Assembly: GCA_016184345.1 (NCBI GenBank)
Contig: JACPCV010000006.1
Span: 64,065 to 128,064, forward strand
Reading direction: 5' to 3'
Length of the DNA: 64,000 nucleotides
Source: Candidatus Woesearchaeota archaeon
Lineage (GTDB): Archaea; Nanobdellota; Nanobdellia; Woesearchaeales; UBA10216
Positions 60,227 through 64,000 of this stretch are shown here, one piece after another. Under the pieces are notes generated by a model, which saw only the letters and a program-made list of their open reading frames with translations, was not told the DNA's origin and ran no database searches. Position 1 is the stretch's first letter. Every line of letters starts with the position of its first letter. The translations under genes were made by a program, and so were the position numbers.

Positions 60227-60700
60227 ATGGCATCTGGTGAGGCTTTTGGGGGGCTTAAGGAGTGGGCACTAAGGTATGTGAAGCACAGGGACATTTCTGT
60301 GAAGAAAATTACTGCAGTCAAAGACACTGATTATGGCTTTAGAGTGGCCAACAGTGATGGTACGTCAACAGATTGCATTATTCAGCCATCGCTTAAGGGC
60401 TTAAGCAGCCGGTTTGTTTCAGCAGCAGTGGGAAACACGCTTGTAGTGACTTTAAGCAATGACGAGAACATAAGGGCTGTTTACAGCATGTGGGATGCTC
60501 TTGCTGCAAATCAGGGCCTGCTTATTGTTTTTGTAAGCCCTTTTTCCGGGCAGGAGGACAAGTGGGTGCTGAGGCCTTATCTTCACAACAAGGTGTGCGA
60601 CCGGTCATCATTGTTGCAGGGGTTGAGGGCGATGGCTGAGCTGGTTGAGCCTGTTGACGCAGAAACTCTGGCTGTAAGGGTGCGGGAGCAGGGCTTCTAG
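60227..60700 (+). CDS. hypothetical protein (157 aa)
   Basis: ATG ORF divergent from the HerA-like gene; no motif recognised. Confidence 0.5.
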   Translation: MASGEAFGGLKEWALRYVKHRDISVKKITAVKDTDYGFRVANSDGTSTDCIIQPSLKGLSSRFVSAAVGNTLVVTLSNDENIRAVYSMWDALAANQGLLIVFVSPFSGQEDKWVLRPYLHNKVCDRSSLLQGLRAMAELVEPVDAETLAVRVREQGF

Positions 60701-60752
60701 CTTGCTGCGCCAAAAGATAAGAATAAATATCCAAAAAAAGAGGGTTTGACTC

Positions 60753-62324
60753 ATGGAAGGCAAAAAGAGGCTGCTAATTGCAATTCTCCTTGCCGCTGCC
60801 GTATTGTTGGCTGCGCTGCCTGTTTCCGAGGCAGCATCAGAAGCTGTAACAATATTTGACGGCCCTGTCCTTGCTGGCTACAAGTACATCACAACAACAG
60901 GCAGCCAGTTTTCGCTTGTTTCTGTTTCTCCATTAAGCAAGGTTGCCATAGATTTCCCGGGTGAAAGCCTGATAGTTGAGAACAAGTCGTGCTCTGCCGG
61001 GAGGATTTTTCAGGCGTGCTACAGCGGGGCAGCTTTCAAGTGGTATAATTACTCGCTGGCTGACAGAGAAGTATACGAATTCAGCATAAAGGTCAGCCTC
61101 GTTGCGGCTGAGTTTACGGTTGCCAAAAGCGTGGAAAAAGCCCAGATTGACGTTGGAGAGTCAACTGTTGTCCATGTAAATATCACCAATGCAGGCTCTG
61201 CGCTGGGCACTGCGCGCTTTAGCGAGGCTGTTCCTGCCCAGTTTAAAATCGCTGAGCTTCCGGGCCAGCCGTGCGGGCTTTCATTGAACAACACGCTCAC
61301 AATGGCGGCTGACATGAAAGGAGGGGAGGCCGTGCATTGCGATTACAAAATCATCGCGCTGAGCCCTGGAACTTACACCCTGGCCTCGGCTGTTTCGTAC
61401 GATTTGATTAAAACTGAAACAGCGAAAGCCACTGCTGCAGTGGCTGTGAACGCACTGCCCTTTTCTGTGGTTGAGAACATCAGCAGCAGCCTTTTTCTTG
61501 GCGAGCTGCTGAACATCAGCCTGCTGCTGAAGCCAGGCGCAAACCTGAGCTTGTTTGTTTTCAGTGCCTTTGTTCCAGTTCAGGTTAAAGTTTTTTCTGT
61601 GAGCAGGGAAGCAGTTCTGGCGAGGCAGGCTGGCGGTGCAAATGTTGCGTATGGCGACAAAACAGAGGTTTTCCGCAGCGATTCACTCATCAGCATCAGC
61701 TCTCAGCTGGCTTATGCCGGAACTTCTGTCATCAACACAAACTCAAGCTGGGTTTATAACGGGCTTGAACAAAGTTTAGTTAAGGATATCCTTATCAATG
61801 CAACCCTTGCCCGGCCTTATCTTAGGGCTACGAAGTACGACAGCGAAGCTGGAAAGCTGTCTATGGATGTGGTAAACCCTGCGCATCTCTCAATCTACAA
61901 TGTAACAGTAACCAGTTCAGGAGGAATGGCTGCTTTTTCTGCCGTCGAGATAGGAAGCCTGGGCCATGCCAGCTTTTCCGGCACTGCTCTCACGCCAAGC
62001 TACACAGGAGCCATAACGTATAGCACCGCTTACGGCCAGGAGCTGTCAGAGCCGTTCAACCTCTCTGTCAACGCGTCCAACACAATTGCAACAACTTCAG
62101 TTGAAGCAAATTACACCAACAGGACAGTGGAACTGCCGGTAAATTCAACTCAGGGGGAAATCGTTAAGAAGCCAAAGCCGCAGCCAAAAGACCTGATGCC
62201 TGCCGAAATGAGGACGGCAATAATCATGGTAGGAATAATAATCTCGATAATTATTATTTTCTTTGCCATAAGGGGCCGTGAGAGGGGCTTTGCAGAAGAA
62301 AACGACTCGGATAAGCTAAAATAA
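60753..62324 (+). CDS. secreted surface protein with C-terminal TM anchor (CARDB/Ig-like texture)
   Basis: Signal peptide LLIAILLAAAVLLAALPVSEA, beta-rich body with N-x-S/T sequons, C-terminal TM helix (AIIMVGIIISIIIIFFAI). Confidence 0.7.
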   Translation: MEGKKRLLIAILLAAAVLLAALPVSEAASEAVTIFDGPVLAGYKYITTTGSQFSLVSVSPLSKVAIDFPGESLIVENKSCSAGRIFQACYSGAAFKWYNYSLADREVYEFSIKVSLVAAEFTVAKSVEKAQIDVGESTVVHVNITNAGSALGTARFSEAVPAQFKIAELPGQPCGLSLNNTLTMAADMKGGEAVHCDYKIIALSPGTYTLASAVSYDLIKTETAKATAAVAVNALPFSVVENISSSLFLGELLNISLLLKPGANLSLFVFSAFVPVQVKVFSVSREAVLARQAGGANVAYGDKTEVFRSDSLISISSQLAYAGTSVINTNSSWVYNGLEQSLVKDILINATLARPYLRATKYDSEAGKLSMDVVNPAHLSIYNVTVTSSGGMAAFSAVEIGSLGHASFSGTALTPSYTGAITYSTAYGQELSEPFNLSVNASNTIATTSVEANYTNRTVELPVNSTQGEIVKKPKPQPKDLMPAEMRTAIIMVGIIISIIIIFFAIRGRERGFAEENDSDKLK

Positions 62325-62325
62325 T

Positions 62326-63063
62326 TCACCCTTTTTTGCCTTCGCTTTCTGCACCTTTCTTTTTGGCCTTCTCAATCATCCTTTGCAGGAGCCCTTTTCT
62401 TTTTTCCCTGGTCAGCCTGTCAATGTCCTGCGCGGCTTGCTTAACGTAATTTATCCCCCTTTGCGCTACTCTGAAGTTGCTCATCTCAAAGTCAAAGTCA
62501 GCGTGCCTTCCTGGGGAATAGCCGTGGACGTATGCAAGGCCTGCGTCTGTTTCAAGATAGGAGAAATTCTCAAGCCTGTACCTCAGCGGCATTTTGGGAG
62601 CTTCAGCAGCATACCCTACGGTTATTATGCCCATTGGCCTTGCCCCTCCCCGCATAAGGATTATCTCGCCAACCTTCTCTTCCTGCAGGGCGCTCACGAA
62701 GCATGTACCAAGGCCCAAGGAATGAGCTGCAAGCATCATTTGCATTGCTGCCATGGCGCAGTCCTGAATCACGTAAAGGTCCTTCCCTCTCTGCCCGAAG
62801 AAACGCTCGTGCTTGTTGAAAACCCCGACGATGACAATGAATACAGGCGCCTGCTCCATCCAGTACTGTTGCCCTGCTGCCTCGGCAAGCTGTTTCCTTT
62901 TGTTCAAATCGCGGACCACGACGAATTTCCATGCCTGCAGGTTGCCTGCTGAAGGCGCCAGCCTTCCCGCCTCGAGGATGCTGCCCACCTTGTCCCACTC
63001 AACAGGCAGGTCAAGGTACTTTCTTATGCTCCTCCTGTTCCTTATGGCTTCAAAAACATCCAT
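62326..63063 (-). CDS. nitroreductase-family protein with basic C-terminal extension
   Basis: MDVFEAIRNRRSIRKY...AGRLAPSAGNLQAWKFVVV. Confidence 0.8.
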   Translation of the reverse strand: MDVFEAIRNRRSIRKYLDLPVEWDKVGSILEAGRLAPSAGNLQAWKFVVVRDLNKRKQLAEAAGQQYWMEQAPVFIVIVGVFNKHERFFGQRGKDLYVIQDCAMAAMQMMLAAHSLGLGTCFVSALQEEKVGEIILMRGGARPMGIITVGYAAEAPKMPLRYRLENFSYLETDAGLAYVHGYSPGRHADFDFEMSNFRVAQRGINYVKQAAQDIDRLTREKRKGLLQRMIEKAKKKGAESEGKKG

Positions 63064-63103
63064 GTCAAATGCGCTTTTTGGCTGGCAGCGTTTATTAATT
63101 TAT

Positions 63104-64000
63104 TCATTCTTTGCGGCTGCTGCGAAGCTTCCTGAGCTGGCTTCTTTTCCTGCCGATTATGCTTGTTATCATGTATTCACCTGCCATCTGGTCAGGCAGC
63201 ACAACATAGTCGGCTCCTTTTTTGTAGAGTTCAGACGCCTCTTCCTCAGAGTATGCTGCCACGACTATTGGCGATTTCGAGCCTGATGCCCTTATCCTTC
63301 CTATGAGCGCGAGATTGTTGTCCTTGTCCCTTACTGTTGAGATTATGGCCTTTGCAGCCCCGTACTCAAGCATTTTGTCAATGTCCCAGTTGCCCATGTC
63401 AGAGCATACGCAGCTGACTCCTTCTTCAATCAGCCCCCTTATCTTTTCCGGGTTGTAGTCAACGACAACTATCTTCTGTTTCTTTTTCCTCAGCAGCTTT
63501 ATCACCTTGGCGCCAATTTTGTAAACGCCAAACACGATGATATGCCCTTTTGGCTTTTCGGCAATGTTGTTGAGGTGCTTTTCCTTGGAGGATAGCCTTT
63601 CAAATACCTGCACAAAGGGGCTGATTGCGCTGTATATTGCATTGTCAAATTTTATGGCATAAGCTGTCAGGGCGAATGTTGCCATCGTGAGCAGAGCTGT
63701 TATGGTAAAGAACTGGTTGCTTATGTGGCCAAGGGCTACCCCTGAAGCTACTATTATGAGGGAGAACTCACTTACCTGGCCCAGCTGGAGCGATGACAGC
63801 ACTGCAGTGCGGTTGCCAAACCTAAACGCTTTGGTTATTATGAATGTGATTACAGGCTTGAGCACCACGACCATCAGGGCTGCGGCTGCTGTTTTTACAA
63901 GTAATCCTTGGGAGTTGCTGAAGGTGAGCTGCATTCCAAGGCTGACAAAGAATAAGGTAAGGAAGAAGTCCCTTAGCGGCTTGACCTTTCCTGCCACTTC
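63104..64000 (-). CDS. cation:proton antiporter (Kef/CPA2-like) C-terminal part with RCK/TrkA-N domain; N-terminus beyond window
   Basis: TM segments followed by the Rossmann-like HIIVFGVYKIGAKVIKLL...VVVDYNPEKIRGL. The ORF is open to the window end. Confidence 0.8.
   Translation of the reverse strand, partial: EVAGKVKPLRDFFLTLFFVSLGMQLTFSNSQGLLVKTAAAALMVVVLKPVITFIITKAFRFGNRTAVLSSLQLGQVSEFSLIIVASGVALGHISNQFFTITALLTMATFALTAYAIKFDNAIYSAISPFVQVFERLSSKEKHLNNIAEKPKGHIIVFGVYKIGAKVIKLLRKKKQKIVVVDYNPEKIRGLIEEGVSCVCSDMGNWDIDKMLEYGAAKAIISTVRDKDNNLALIGRIRASGSKSPIVVAAYSEEEASELYKKGADYVVLPDQMAGEYMITSIIGRKRSQLRKLRSSRKE

Noticed and set aside
60175-60327. N-terminal extension of the HerA-like ORF overlapping the divergent 157-aa gene
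   Set aside because: The extension is hydrophobic junk ([16 protein letters not shown]...). The internal ATG at 60174 starts the conserved HerA N-terminal barrel and removes the overlap.
1-64000. Search by eye for CRISPR arrays, cas genes, rRNA genes, integrases, transposases and reverse transcriptases
   Set aside because: I found no regularly spaced direct repeats and no ORF with recognisable Cas, tyrosine/serine recombinase, DDE/Y1 transposase or RT motifs. The repeat elements reported therefore appear non-autonomous within this window.

Overview
The window reads as a contiguous chromosomal stretch of a small-genome archaeon, possibly DPANN-like (inference). Archaeal markers: archaeal-type AlaRS, an A1:U72 initiator tRNA with intron-like insertions, TATA boxes about 25-30 nt upstream of starts, class III (pilin-type) signal peptides, a PGF-pre-PGF surface protein, Nre, HARP, EndoV, RNase HII and a DacZ-type diadenylate cyclase. 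About 70 genes are tightly packed, and several convergent pairs overlap at their 3' ends. Housekeeping genes (alaS, gatB, a ttuA-like gene, rpiB, rnhB, nfi, polX, a fumarase/aspartase family gene) are mixed with accessory content. That content includes three very large N-glycosylation-rich surface proteins, TA-like modules (vapBC, UPF0175-PIN, MNT/HEPN, a GNAT toxin-like gene) and two free-standing homing-endonuclease genes next to the tRNA. I found no CRISPR array, cas gene, rRNA, integrase or transposase. Best leads: (1) a family of ~95-nt twin-hairpin elements filling convergent intergenic spacers, with compensatory stem changes, one copy apparently truncating a HEPN gene; (2) an initiator tRNA with two non-canonical insertions beside LAGLIDADG and GIY-YIG genes; (3) a 28-codon micro-ORF followed by six back-to-back hairpins near an orphan HerA-like ATPase; (4) 65-bp direct repeats bracketing a 2.18-kb MscS-containing segment inserted at the 3' end of the diadenylate cyclase gene; (5) a subtilase / small protein / HEPN operon with a convergent nucleotidyltransferase; (6) a tightly coupled operon of unrecognisable proteins (47.6-50.6 kb). 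All functional calls rest on motif recognition by eye; no database search was run.
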